From Eledone cirrhosa (Eukaryota), in contig OZ024744.1 of the NCBI GenBank assembly GCA_964016885.1, forward strand, positions 7,378,001 through 7,442,000: a stretch of 64,000 nucleotides of DNA, written 5' to 3'. A program made the translations under genes and the position numbers. Below are positions 1-13,272 of this stretch, one piece after another; the first letter of the stretch is position 1; each line of letters begins with the position of its first letter. The notes beneath the pieces are model-generated. The model saw only the letters and a program-made list of their open reading frames with translations, did no database searches and was not told where the DNA came from.

Positions 1-112
1 CACGGCACTGGGTACGCGGAATCACGTGACCACTGTTGTCATTGAAATGTGTATCACAGCATTATCAATAAAGGACTTTAACATCTGACACTACTTCACA
101 TTTTCTTATTCT

Positions 113-177
<65 letters not shown>

Positions 178-182
178 TATAT

Positions 183-1139
183 ACTAGACATGAAAAATGC
201 GCAAGCTCAAAAGTGCCACAGAATGTTATAATAAACCTTCAAAAGTGTGGGACTAGAGTTGTTGCTAAAAAATATTGTAATCATTATATATCGTACATTC
301 TGTGGCATCCTTTATAAAAATAGCTTAAACCAACGAAGCCTTTATTTTTACGCTATTTCACTTAGTTAATTCTTAGAGTGTAACATATAAAAATATGATT
401 TACAACTATAAAATAAATTAATTAATATAATAACAGAGCTGCGGAGCTGAAATTTAGGAAATAATGGAGTATCGGATCCTGAGTTGGAGCCAGTCAATTT
501 TTGACCGACTCCGCAGCCCTGTATAATACATTTCATATTAAAGTTATTAATAAACCTATTTTACACTTCATGCAAATTACCACGAGATATTGATATTAGA
601 TATAAGATACAGCGCAATATCTACAGCTGTAAAAGTACGAAAGCGAAGTAATAATAAGTGGCTTAAGGTAATTCCAATATGAAAGTTTGTAGTGATAAAA
701 ATTTGATAATGCAATACGATTGTTAATATTATAGTTCTATGAAAATGTAACAATAGATAACTAAATTATTTTACTATTAGTATATTTAAGAAATTATCAT
801 TATAGATTTGATCGTTCATATAAGCATCATATTAAGTTTCAACACAATTATTTTGTTACTATGAGTATATGATAATAATATTACGTAATTATTTATAGCT
901 GTTATTACATTAAACATAGATGTATTTATTTTTATATGTTACACTCTAAGAATTAACTAAGTGAAATAGCGTAAAAATAAAGGCTTCGTTGGTTTAAGCT
1001 ATTTTTATAAAGGATGCCACAGAATGTACGATATATAATGATTACAATATTTTTTAGCAACAACTCTAGTCCCACACTTTTGAAGGTTTATTATAACATT
1101 CTGTGGCACTTTTGAGCTTGCGCATTTTTCATGTCTAGT
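183..1139. repeat. Long inverted repeat: 213-bp arms (183-395 / 927-1139) around a 531-bp spacer
   Basis: 183 ACTAGACATGAAAAATGCGC...AACATATAAAAATA 395 is the reverse complement of 927-1139 with no mismatch noticed; directly follows a (TA)n tract. Confidence 0.9.
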
Positions 1140-1694
1140 TTAATATTTTTTTAAGGCAACGCTTGTAATAACTCTAGTTAAACAGGATATATATTAATAA
1201 TAAATTATCGTTGTAATGTAATTAGATTATGTAATTGTTATTATAAATTATCTTATAAATATTAGTGTAAGATGTATAAAAATATTTTCAGACTTTTAAT
1301 ATAAACAACTACAAAAAACAATCAATATTAAATCAATATATTATACATAATAGAAAACATAAAATATACAATACAAAAACAAAATATTTACATACATTTG
1401 CAATTATCAGTGTATATACATTTTCTTTATATTCCCTGAGCAAATTAATAAGATTTGTTTTTATTGTACATAATTTGATGACTTGTTGGAGTGTATTAAA
1501 AGATAGCAACAATTTGTGATTAAATTGTTATCTTAAGCAACTCACTTTTTAATAGTTGTTGGCTGAGCGAAATTGTAAAAGCCTATGAGCAAATATAAAA
1601 AAAAATACACAAACAACATTTCCTTGTGTTATTACAACATTAGATAAAATAATTGAGCAATGTCGTTATATTTTGCTCTTATTGCACATTAATA

Positions 1695-1860
1695 GTGTTT
1701 CTATTTTTCGGCACAAATCCATTACGGCAGTCCATTACTGGTACTTTATTTTATCGAATTAGTAAGTATGAAAGTCGAAGTTAACCTCGGCAGGATTTGA
1801 ACTTAGAATGCAAAGGACCATAACAATACTGCAAAGCATGGTGTCTGACGCTCTACCAAT
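1695..1860 (-). mobile_element. Diverged tRNA-derived SINE copy
   Basis: Contains ATTACTGGTACTTTATTTTATCG...GATTTGAACT, the reverse complement of the SINE at 32958-33138; a further fragment lies at about 2690-2740. Confidence 0.75.
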
Positions 1861-2253
1861 ACTTGTGTTGAGCTGGTCATTAATTTATGGTGGTCGTGCG
1901 TGAAGTAGAGCAATCGCTAGTTGAAATATTATGAACAAAACATTTTTATTTGCCGAAGAACATATTTTCAATACTGTTTGTGAATGTGACGAAGGAAATA
2001 CATTCTGATATGGAACAGTGTACAAAGTGTGTCTGTGAATAACATAATGTTACCTCATGTTGTTGTCAAGACATAATGGATTTCGTTTATCCAGTTAGAA
2101 GATGAAACCTAGCCATCTCGGATTAGTTATATTTCATGCCATGTGTAAACGTGTTTGAGGATAGCAAAATATGCGCGTTAATTATAATAATTAGTTAATA
2201 ATATTACAAAATATACCTAATTAAACTCTTTGCTTGAAATTTTATCATTCTTC

Positions 2254-2332
<79 letters not shown>

Positions 2333-2943
2333 TCTAGTCCTTCGCTCAAGATTAATCTATAAGTTTAGATGTTTGCCTTCGTTTAAGTAAATATTACAGT
2401 AAGATTTTTAATATAAACAACTACAAAAAACAATTAATATTAAAACGAAAAAATTATCAATGATAAAAGAAGCGGATGCAACTTTTTTTTTTATAAAGTT
2501 ATATTCCTGTTTCTTTAAAGAACATTTCATTTTTGTTCTATTGTAGGCGAAATAATGCAATGGTTTAATAGGGAAGATATAACTTACGAATTATGTCTCT
2601 AACCGTGTAACGCTTTTTAAGTAGATAACTACAATTGAAAATACTAAAGAAATGGAACCAACAATTCAATTTGAAAGTCGTCTAGTGACAGTGTATTACT
2701 GGTACTTTATTTTATCGACCCCGTAACGATGAAAGGCAAAAATGCAAATGCTTAAAATTTAAATTGCCTTAATTCTATCGTCTGCTGTTTCATTAAAGGG
2801 AGATTATCGTCTGTATTTAATTCTATCGTCTACTGTTCCACTAAACAGATATACCTCCACTATCGTCTCTATTTATACATTTTAACTTATAACTTATACA
2901 CATTTGATTTGAAATATTTTATCTAGTCCCCCCTCTCAATATT

Positions 2944-2990
2944 ATGATGATTTCTTTCGAATGAAACAGTTCTAGTCCTGTAGAAGCCAT
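2944..2990 (+). ncRNA. Degenerate hammerhead ribozyme (same family as 42817-42865)
   Basis: ATGATGA-TTTCTTTCGAAT-GAAACAGTTCTAGTCCTGTAGAA; core C3 mutated and 5' strand of stem I absent. Confidence 0.55.
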
Positions 2991-3092
2991 TTATATATAT
3001 AATTGAACTGAGTTAAAAATTCACAATATTTATAATTAAATAAGCTCATATATATATGTGTGTATTTATCTGTTTATTGTATTATATATAAT

Positions 3093-3240
3093 GTGTGTAT
3101 ATACAGGATGTCCCCCCAAAATATATACACACTTCAACAGCATTCTAATAACTATTGCCTGTACAGGTAATCAAAGTGTCAATCGAATGTTAGTTTCGTG
3201 TTTTAACAGTACAAATTTACAATACACACATAAAACCAGT
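3093..3240. mobile_element. Possible Tc1/mariner-type MITE end
   Basis: TA-CAGGATGTCCCCCCAAAA at about 3102 resembles TA|CAGGGTGTCC-type TIRs; partner end not found. Confidence 0.3.
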
Positions 3241-3739
3241 GTATATACATACATGAGTGTGTATACACATACATGAATGTGTATATACAATATATATGTA
3301 TATATATATAGACACATATATTCACGGTGCAACGGTACATTAAAATATAGATGCGGGAGAGGGGGGTGTATATATAGGGGCGCTGGGGATAAAGGAGTGT
3401 AAAGCGTGTGTAATTGATATATTGAAGGAGAGGAGCGTGCAGCGATAGAGTAACAAATATATAGAGAGGGGGAGAGATGGTATTGAAGGGGAGGAGTGCA
3501 AAGCGAAAGAGTAAGAGATATATATAGAGACGGAACAGATAGAGAGAAACAGGCGTAAGTAACAGTGGAAGAGATATAGAGAGAGGTACTCTGATTGGTT
3601 GAAAATTAGCCAATGACATACGATCACCACCACCACGGCTATCCCCGAAAAATTTTTAAAGAAGCTAGGCATATATGTTAGAACACGAAAAGTGAACATT
3701 CTGTGTTTCACACTTTTCGTGTTCTAACAGATATATATT

Positions 3740-3774
<35 letters not shown>

Positions 3775-4113
3775 TTATGTGTGTGTTTGTGTGTGTTGCG
3801 GATATCAACAACAAGGAAGCCCTGCCAGGTTGGGGTGACTGGTGCCTCTGACTATTGTCCGCGGAAATACTTTTGCAATCTTGTCCGAGGGTCGCAGCCT
3901 TTCTTTCCCTATGCCTTAATCCCAAACTCCAATCATCCTCACCCTTCACCCCCCCCCCCTCTCGTCTGCTACACCAGAGTTCTTGCCATCCGTTCAGAGA
4001 TACATATACACACATACACAGAGATGCATATACACACATACACACAGAGATTATATATACACATACACATAGAGAAACATATACACATACACATATACAC
4101 GTACATACATACA

Positions 4114-7100
4114 GTCAAAGCGATCAGTCGCTTTTTTGGGGGCGGGAGACTATTAATTAAATTTAAGATGAATACTATCTCCGACAGTAATGCCACAACT
4201 ACAGTCATGTTGAATAACTGGTTATTCTTCGAACTATATCTACTGAAGACACCTTTTATTCGAATTCGTAGAGATATCCGACTAAATACATAATTCATTT
4301 TACAAGGATTTGCTACAAACAGCATGGCTGAACACAATATCAACAACAAAATTAAGGAAGTATCGAAGACAAATAACAAAGAAGGTAATCAAACTTTAAT
4401 CAGTTGTAGCTACAGAAGAAACCGAAATTATAAATCGCATTTGTCTTGGAGTTGCGAACTTAATGATGATTTATTTAATTGTTATAAAATGGCAAAAAAC
4501 AATCCCTCCATTGGCTATATGAACAGAATGAAGCTATACTGGGACGAAATGCACCCAGAGCTAAATTATTTCACAGCGAAACAATTACGCCCACAAGCGA
4601 CGTTTGTTGAACGTAAAAATAAGATAAATATTATTAATTGTAAGTCCCCCACAACAAACATGTTATCAACAACACGTGCTATAGGTCGCCATGTTACTAG
4701 ACTTCCTAGCAGCCAGGTCGAACAGCGCCTTGAAACAACTATGCCTGTAAGAAACTTGACACCACGTGTAACATCTAAGTCTACCTCGAATGCAGGGGAA
4801 AACAGTATCCATAATAATAATAATCGAAGAAATAATAATAATAATCGAAGAAATTTGACACCCCGTATACCATCCGAGTCTACCTCGACTGTTGTGGAAA
4901 ATACTATCGACAATGATAATAATCAAAAGTATAAACAATTGAAATTTTCCCTCAACGAAACCTTCCAGAGAAAAATTAACTCATGTACAAATATCTCTGT
5001 TGCTGAACGTGTTAAAATGACAATGGTGAATAAAAAACCAAATGAAGAAATATTACAAGTTATTGACGAAATAGGGGATGAATATTTACGACGCTATAAA
5101 AACCCCAACATTTTGGCAAATCAACGCCTGTTTATATGCCTTAGCAACGACAGTGAAGCATGATCTTGGTGATAGCAGAGATATTAACAAGAACAGAACA
5201 TCACCAAAAATACCATCATATATAACTAAAATAGAAAAAAAGAGTGCTGACCTACGAAAACACATAGGATATTTGACAATGCTCCTTACATGCAAACAAA
5301 CACAAAAAAACCTCACTCCTCACCAACAAAGAGTGAAAAATAAAATAGAGACGATGTTTGGTAACAGTAGAACCAGAACTTTCCAATATAAGCTGATCAC
5401 CCTCAAACAAGAATTGAGAGCTGTTAGCGAAAAACGCCGATACCTGAAGAAGGTAGATGAAAGAAAAGTGCTTAATAAAAGATTCAAACGAAACCAAATA
5501 TCAGTCTCTAGAGATATGAAGGGCAAAATAATAAGTGTCACTGAGGCCCCATCCCAGAAAGACAGATTCCTTTTGGAGCAAAATATGGGGTGAAAAGAAG
5601 AATTTCAACCGAGATGCAGTGTGGCTAAAATAATCCTAGACTACAACAAAAAACATACGAAATATGTGAGGGTACCCTTGAGACTGTGATAGGAAAACTC
5701 CAAGATAAGAAATCACTAGGAAGGGATATGATTATCGGCTTCTGGTACAAAAAACTGATATTCTATCGGAGTTATCTTACTGATCTCTACCAACAAGTTC
5801 TTAAGGGAGATACACTTATTCCAGAATGGTTGACATTAGCATAAACGTTACTGGTCCCCAAGAACAAAGACACCCACTTGGCAAAAAACTACCGACACAT
5901 TGCATGCCAGAACCTGATGTATAAGATGTATACAGCCTGCCTGAACCTATTCTTCCAAGATCACTGTGAAAATAATAACATCATCACAGATGAACAAGCA
6001 ACTGGAAAGAAAGGGGTTTGGGGATGTGCTGAACAACTCCTAATAAACAAAACTGCGATGTCGGAGGTGAGACAACTTAGGAGGAATATGGCTACAGTCT
6101 GGCTGGACTACAGGAAAGCTTTCGATTCTGTTCCCCACTCTCGGATTATAGAGGCGCTCCAACATGCTAAAGTCCCAGACATTATTATCAGAGCCATAGA
6201 GAAGCTGTCTTTTTCTGGGGCTAAATCCTAAGGTTAAAGACAGAGAGGGAGGACTCTATTTTCACTGATAAAATAAAATATCGCAGAGGTATATTTCAGC
6301 AGAACAGTCTCTCTGTGATATTATTCATCCTGTCATTAAACCCCTTGTCCTTTCTGCTCAAGAAATGTGAAGGATACATCATTGGCTCATAGGAGGACAG
6401 AAATACGAACCTAAACCATAATTTCTTTGTGGACGATCTGAAACTCTATGCCAAGAACATGGATGGGATGAAGAAAAATCTTGACCTGGTTACAACGTTC
6501 TCAAAGGATATAGGAATGGAGTTTGGCCAGGATTAATGCTCATACATGACTGTAAAGCGGGGAAAAACAACAACCCAATCTAGCAACATTGTCATCAATG
6601 GCCTAACTGTTTCAAAGATATCTGATGAGGACTAATACAGATACCTGGGGATAGAAGAGAACATATCCTATAATGGTATCTGTAATAAGGAACGCGTAAC
6701 CAGGGAATACCACACCCGATTAAGAAAGATTTGGTCATCGGAACTCTCTGCGCAAAACAAAACAGTGGCTCACAATATGTTTGCTGTACCTGTCCTAACA
6801 CCAACTTTTGGAATACTCAGTTGGAAGATAGACGAAATCCGAGCAGTTGAGGTTGAAACTCGGAAAATATTAAACAACACCGGGAACTTCCACGTCAACA
6901 GTGACATAGACCACCTTTACTTGAAACGTAAGCAGGGAGGCAGAGGCCTAACATCAGTCCAGACAGCATTTGAATGTCGCATCATATCTCTCCGGCAACA
7001 TCTACAGACCTCGAAGCGTAGGAGCCCGTTTCTCGAGCAAGTCTATCTGCATGTAACAGATAACATCATGAGAGTTGGGAAGGAACTCCTCGAGAGGAGA

Positions 7101-7833
7101 ACTAACATCGAAGATATCACCCAATGTCTAAAGCAGCTGTCCAAAGATGTCATCGCGGTACTATCTACCTATGAGGCATGATGTAGTGGCCAAAACACGC
7201 TTAGCCCCGATAATAAACACATTAAAAGCTACTGCAATGTGGAAGACATCCATGTACATAATGTGAAAGAGTACTGGTGGAATGTTCCAGTAAAAACCCC
7301 AATAAAATGCAGGCATAACAGACCAGATATTATGATATGGGACAGGGAGAAGAAAACATGCACAGTAGTGGAAATTAGCTGCCCAGCAAATGCTAATATA
7401 ATATCAAAGATTAGCGAAAAGGAGAATATTTATGCAGAACTGAGGAGAAATCTGCAGATACTCCACCCTGATTACACCTTCAGATTTATGCCTGTGATTA
7501 TTAGGGCACTGGGATATGTTAGTAACTGCCTGAATACAAATTTCGAGAAGCTAGGCTTCACAGGAACAGAAAGAACACAACTAGTTAGGAAATTACAAGT
7601 ACAATCCATTAATGGAACAGTAAAAATATAAAAAACATTCCAAATATTTTGCATCTAATAACTGCATATACACATGCACACATACATCTCAAAACAACCA
7701 TATCTACACATGCATACATACATATCTACCTAGTTGATGTTGTGTAAATTCCAATGAGAGAGTCTTGTGTCTATGTTAGAAACCGACTCTCTCTCTATTT
7801 GCAAAACTTTGTGAAATTATAAAATGAGAAGAA
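4114..7833 (+). mobile_element. Near-full-length decayed R4/Dong-group non-LTR retrotransposon, family A (RT + restriction-like endonuclease)
   Basis: ORF pieces 4324-7631: NYRHIACQNLMYK, WLDYRKAFDSVPH, FFVDDLKLY at about 6424, RLE RPDIMIWDREKKTCTVVEISCP; frameshifts and stops; flanked by (CATA)n on both sides. Confidence 0.88.
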
Positions 7834-7867
7834 TATACATACATACATACATACATACATACATACA

Positions 7868-8034
7868 TGATGATGGCTGCCCCCTCGTTATCGAGTATGG
7901 CCATTGCACGAGAAAAAAAAAATAATAATAATAAATAAATAAAAAGAAAATAAAAAAAATAAATAAATATATATATATATACATATACATACACATATAC
8001 ACACACACACACACACACTCACACACATATATAT

Positions 8035-8065
<31 letters not shown>

Positions 8066-10688
8066 TACATTAATAACAATAATAATAATAATAATAATAA
8101 CAACAATAATATTAACGACAACAACAATAATAATATACATATACATATATATATATACACACACACGCACACACATAAGCATATCTACACACACACACAC
8201 ACACACACACGATAGCAACTAACAGCGCTGCGATCGAATGTGGCTTTTTAGCCCAGCAAATAATCGAAAATGTCTTGTACGGAGTCGGCAACCAAAACAT
8301 TCACTGGGAATAGTCGGCTGTGGCTGGAGTTCGTGTACTTTTGCATGTCGCTTGCAAACATGATGAGTAGCATCTCCAACAGCAGCCTGGTAGTCAACCA
8401 CTGGTCTTACTTTATGACTGCGAAGATGACTTTCGAGCCCAGCTTTGCTTAGGCAGAGTCTCGCACATACGCTGCATGTCAGCACCATAGGAGGACCCTC
8501 GCCGTCTGGAAGTGCAACAGCAATGCCCTTCCTCACATCCCGCTTTACCTTCTCGTATGCGATTCGAGATGCCTCAAAGGCAACTTTTCCCTCATATACA
8601 GTCTTTCTCCATTTATTACGATCAGCAGCAATATTCTCCCATGTATCAGCAGAGATGTTAGCGTCTTTCAGAGAGGCTTTCAAGGAATCCTTATACCTCT
8701 TTTTTGGTTTATGTGGCGGTCGTTTTCCTTTAACCAACTCTCCATATAAGAGTTGTTTTGGTATTCTAGAATCCTTCATCCTGGCAAGGTGACCACTCCA
8801 ACGGAGTCATTGCTTAAGCACAAGAGCTTCTATACTGTCACACATAGAGCTTTCCAAAATCTCGAGATTACTGATGTGGTCCCTCCAGTGAACGCCATGG
8901 ATCCGTCTGAGACACATCTGATGGAAACGCTCCAATTGCTTAAGGTGGTGTCGATATGTGACCCAGGTATCGCAGGCATAAAGAAGACAAGAGAGCACTC
9001 ATGCCCTGTACACCTTTACCTTTGTCCTCCTGCATATGTCTCGCCGACCCCAGAGTCGCCTTTCTAGCTTTCCGAAAGCATCACTTGCTTTCCTAATCCT
9101 AAGTGAGATTTCACTGTTAAGGTTGCTGTATCGATTGACAGTGCTTCCCAGGTAGACAAACTGATCAACCACTCCAAGTCGTTTGCCATACACATAGATG
9201 TTTGGTTCAGTGTACTGCTTACCAGGGGCAGGTTGGTACATGACGACGGTTTTCTTGAGACTGACAGTCAGACCTAGGGCAGTGCAAGCGTCAGAAAATG
9301 CATTCAAAATGTGCTGCATATCACTCTCTGTGTGCGCTACAAGATCGCAATCATCTGCATACAAGAGGTCTCTTATGATTGATGTAAATACTTTTGTCTT
9401 CGCAGGAAAGCGCCTGATGTTAAATATGCTGCCTGAGGTTCGATATCGGATGTAAACACCATGCTCGCAAGTCCTGAATGGCAAACAGGGTCGGTGCTGG
9501 AATATCCCCCTGTTTCATTCCATTTTTTACTGAGATAGGCTCCGACATGTTACCCCCGACATTAACCCAAGCCTTCATGTCATCATGGAAAGACCTAACT
9601 AAAGCAAGGAACTTATCAGGGCAACCAAGTTTCTGGAGAACCTTCCATAATGCATCTCTGTTAACAGTATCGAAAGCTTTTGTCAGATCGACAAAAACCT
9701 GATACAGATCCAAGCCTTGTTCCATGCACTTCTCCTGGAGCTGTCTAGCTGAGAAGATCATATCAGTAGTGCCGCGTCCAGCACGAAAACCAGATTGACT
9801 TTCAGGAAGAACACAATCTGCAATGTGTGTCAGCAGACGGTTCAGAAGCACCCTACATAAACCTTTCCCTACGACAGAAAGCAATGATATACCTCTGTAG
9901 TTCCCACAATCGTTCCTGTTACCCTTTCCCTTGTACAAGACCACCATTACTGCATCTCTCCAGTCCTCAGGTACGGATTCATTAGCCCATATCCTGCCAA
10001 ACAAAGAGTGAAGATGTTACAGGAGTCTCTCACCACCATATTGTAGGATCTCAGCATGTATGCCATCAATACCTGGAGATCCTCCACTGTTCAGCTTCGA
10101 AATAGCCACTGCAACCTCCACAAGCGTCGGAGGTTCTGCGAGAGCTACTTTCACGGGACTTTCTGGAATGATGTTGAGGAAATCTTCACTGACGACAGAC
10201 GGCTGATTCAAAAGATCATCAAAGTGCTCTCGCCACCTTCGTAGAATTTCTTGTGAGTCACGAAGAATTTCTTTGCCATCCTTGCTGCGAAGCGGTATCA
10301 CCAGAGAAGAAGACGGTCCATAAACCTCACGCAAGAGACTGTACAACAGCTTTGTGTTATTGGAATCAGACGCAGTTTGTATCTCACCAGCCTTCTCACT
10401 CCACCACTGATCCTTCATCTGAGAAAGACTCCGCCTAACACGTGATTTTACATCCCTGAGCTCCTCATGCAACGTATTCCTCTCCTGTGGTTTTGCCGTC
10501 AAGTAGCGTGACAGAGCACGCCTCTTATCAGCCAACAAGTCTTCTATATGTACATCATTCTCATTCCTGATGTTTTCTCTGCACCAATCCCAGAACACGC
10601 GAGCCTACATCATAAACCGACTTTTTAAGGATCGGCCAATCCTCACCAAGATCTGCAGCCTGCATCTCTTCTTCCAATGTCCTCTTCA
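7868..10688 (-). mobile_element. 5'-truncated RTE-clade LINE (RT, C-terminal C2H2 fingers); 3' UTR split by a compound microsatellite
   Basis: NYRGISLLS, ESQSGFRAGRGTTDMIF, FVDLTKAFDTV, LLYADDCDL, RIPKQLLYGEL, CSVCARLCLSKAGLESHLRSH; 3' end ...GGCAGCCATCATC(ATGT)n at 7835-7915. Confidence 0.92.
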
Positions 10689-10784
10689 CATACATACATA
10701 CATACATACATACATACATACATACATACATACATACATACATACATACATACATCCATACATACATACATACATACAAACATA

Positions 10785-11297
10785 CTGATGGCTGCAACTC
10801 GATTTCGAGTAATGCCATTGTTTGATACTTAAGCACGAGCACCACGGACATGGCTGTTTATTCCTGCTTGGGACTTGCCTATGGCCAAAACATATCATAT
10901 CAAGCGGTGCCTGTGCTTGAAGCTATTTTAAGTGAGGTAAGATTTACAAGGAGCCAATCCCACTCTCTCAACATCGAATGTATTTACCAAAAATGTACAA
11001 CTGTTCTACATCATTGGATGTAAACAAAGTCGCAGGTTTTATATCAGAGTGACCTTCTCCTAGAGAGATGTCTTAATGAACACTAGGAGTCTCTCACTCC
11101 AGAAAAGAAAATAGTTTATTGGATGGCCGTTGACTTTCCTGAGTTCCTCCACCATTTGACGAGTTTTGTTTTTCATCCTGCAGAGTGTCCACAATCACCT
11201 TCCACACCAAGCAAGCTTTGTGGGGTTGCCGGTTCAGTCTCCGGCGATCCGACTATGCACAGGTTATACTGAGTTACCACTAGCGCTGAAGACGACA
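10785..11297 (-). mobile_element. Short non-autonomous RTE-derived element (5' UTR joined to 3' end), family 2
   Basis: 3' end TCGAAATCGAGTTGCAGCCATCAG followed by (TATG)n; 5' part CTAGGAGAAGGTCACTCTGATATAAAACCTGC homologous to 16895-17160; no RT. Confidence 0.7.
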
Positions 11298-11314
11298 TGG
11301 CATACATTCACATA

Positions 11315-12408
11315 TCTAATATATAACTGTGAAATGGGCGGTGGTTGAAATTCAGATGTGCACGGTTAAATGATAGTAGACGTGGTCGGACTGACATGAA
11401 ATTTACACACCTATGTAAAAAGTCCCAAGGAAGCAAATAGACGAGGTTTCAAATCTCTAACTTGAAAAATGTGGTCCCTGGGGCCCCAAAACTTTCGCGT
11501 TCGGTGAGTTATTTCCCCCTGTTCTAATACTTTTGTCTTATTTACAATTTCATTATCCTTCTACATTTAACGATCATACAGTACCGTTTTATGAAATCGA
11601 TTCTGCACTACGGTCACTTTTTTCCATCAAAAGAAATAAAACCCTTGGCGATACTTGGTTTTAGTGTCCTACATTATCATCATCGACATTCAATTATTAG
11701 CTCCACCTACTACACGATACGTCAGAAGGTAAATGTTTCGAAAAAATGTTAAACTGTATATCGCAACAATATATTGTTTAAAGAAATTGTTTTTCTGTTG
11801 TTAAAAACTGTAAATCTGTTTTAAAAAAAAAATGTATTTCGCAGCAATTTTTTTTCTGTTAAAAACTGTAAATAAATATTTATTTTGTTCAAAAAATAAA
11901 TCAAAAATATAATTTTCTCAGTTAATATTTTAATAAATATTTATTCTAAAAATTCAATGTTTTTTCGTGTAAAAATGAAGCATGTAAGAAAATGAACATG
12001 TAAAAATCAAGCCGCAGCAGCTGATGACGTGTCGTGACGTATCGTGTAGTGGGTGGAGCTAATAATTGAATGTCGATGATGATAATTTAGGACACTAAAA
12101 CCAAGTATCGCCAAACCCTTAAATTGCGAAGAAGGGACGCGTGTTTTTATTTTAATTCTAATACATGTTAACCACCACTAAGAGTAAGTAGTATTTTTCA
12201 AATTGCATATCATCGACATGGCTATTTCGCTGTTAATAAACAACGCTTTTCACGTCGCTCCACTTCTCATTGTACGGCGTCCAGCCCCAAGTGCATATTT
12301 CTATTTTTTTTCCTGAAACTGCTTCTTTATAATAAACTTTCAATAATATTTTTTAAATTATTAACTAAATAAAAAGTGGCCCCGGGTGCAACCGGGCTCA
12401 GCTGCTAG
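11315..12408 (+). mobile_element. Non-autonomous Helitron
   Basis: A|TCTAATATATA 5' end; 3' hairpin CCCGGGTGCAACCGGG followed by CTAG|T. Confidence 0.8.
11646..12113. mobile_element. MITE with 79-bp TIRs nested in the Helitron
   Basis: TIRs 11646-11724 / 12035-12113 (2 mismatches seen); AACCCT direct repeat at 11640-11645 and 12114-12119. Confidence 0.85.
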
Positions 12409-12636
12409 TCTAATATATATTTGTGAAATGGGCGGTGGTTGAAATTCAGATGTGCACGGTTAAATGGTAGTAGACCTGGTCGGACTGACATGAAAATGTA
12501 CACACATATGTAAAAAGTGCCAAGGAAGCAAATAGACTAGGTTTCAAATCTCTAACATGAAAAATGTGGTCCCTGGGGCCTCAAAACTATCGCGTTCGGT
12601 GAGTTATTTCCCCCTGTTCTAATACTTTTGTCTTAC
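12409..12636 (+). mobile_element. Second, 3'-truncated copy of the same Helitron, head-to-tail
   Basis: TCTAATATATATTTGTGAAATGGGCGGTGGTTG... repeats 11315-11540 directly after CTAG. Confidence 0.85.
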
Positions 12637-13132
12637 AGTAAATAAAGGATTATGACTTCATGCAATTGTCTTATGTTTCGTCACTATATATATATATATA
12701 TATATAATATGAAAACGCTTTAATAAAAAAAAATATCAACTGTAATGTATGTATGCATGTATTTATGTGTTTATATGAGCGGGGATATGCAAGTAAATCT
12801 TACTTTGTGGACAGCTGCCCCTTAGCATAATATTCATGCGAGAACAGCATATATTTGAAAGTTTTCAGGGAGTTGAATTACTGATTTTGGATCGGCAGCT
12901 TTAGCTTTGAAAAAATGAAATGTGCAGTGTAAACATTTTTTATTATTCCTCCGGGGATGAATCTTCTCTTCATTTTTCCATCTCTTTCTTTCTCTCTGGA
13001 AGAAATCAGCCGTAGTAAGACCTAAAAAAATGGTTAGATACACCATGACGCACCGTGCATCACGGTGGAGTTGAAAAGCAGACTCAGAACATGGCATTGT
13101 GTGGGGGTGGCTCGCAGCCCAGTGTTCCAGGA

Positions 13133-13272
13133 GAAGAAGAAGAAGAAGAAGAAGAAGAAGAAGAAGAAGAAGAAGAAGAAGAAGAAGAAGAAGAAGAAGA
13201 AGAAGAAGAAGAAGAAGAAGAAGAAGAAGAAGAAGAAGAAGAAGAAGAAGAAGAAGAAGAAGAAGAAGAAGA
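13133..13272. repeat. Pure (GAA)n microsatellite
   Basis: Uninterrupted GAA run of about 140 bp; source of the polyE/K/R/S pseudo-ORFs. Confidence 0.97.

Noticed and set aside
11640-11645. TSD AACCCT as telomeric-repeat targeting
   Set aside because: A single hexamer; no telomeric array nearby.
12021-12060. CTGATGA as a hammerhead core
   Set aside because: No GAAA or stem III follows; it adjoins the MITE TIR.
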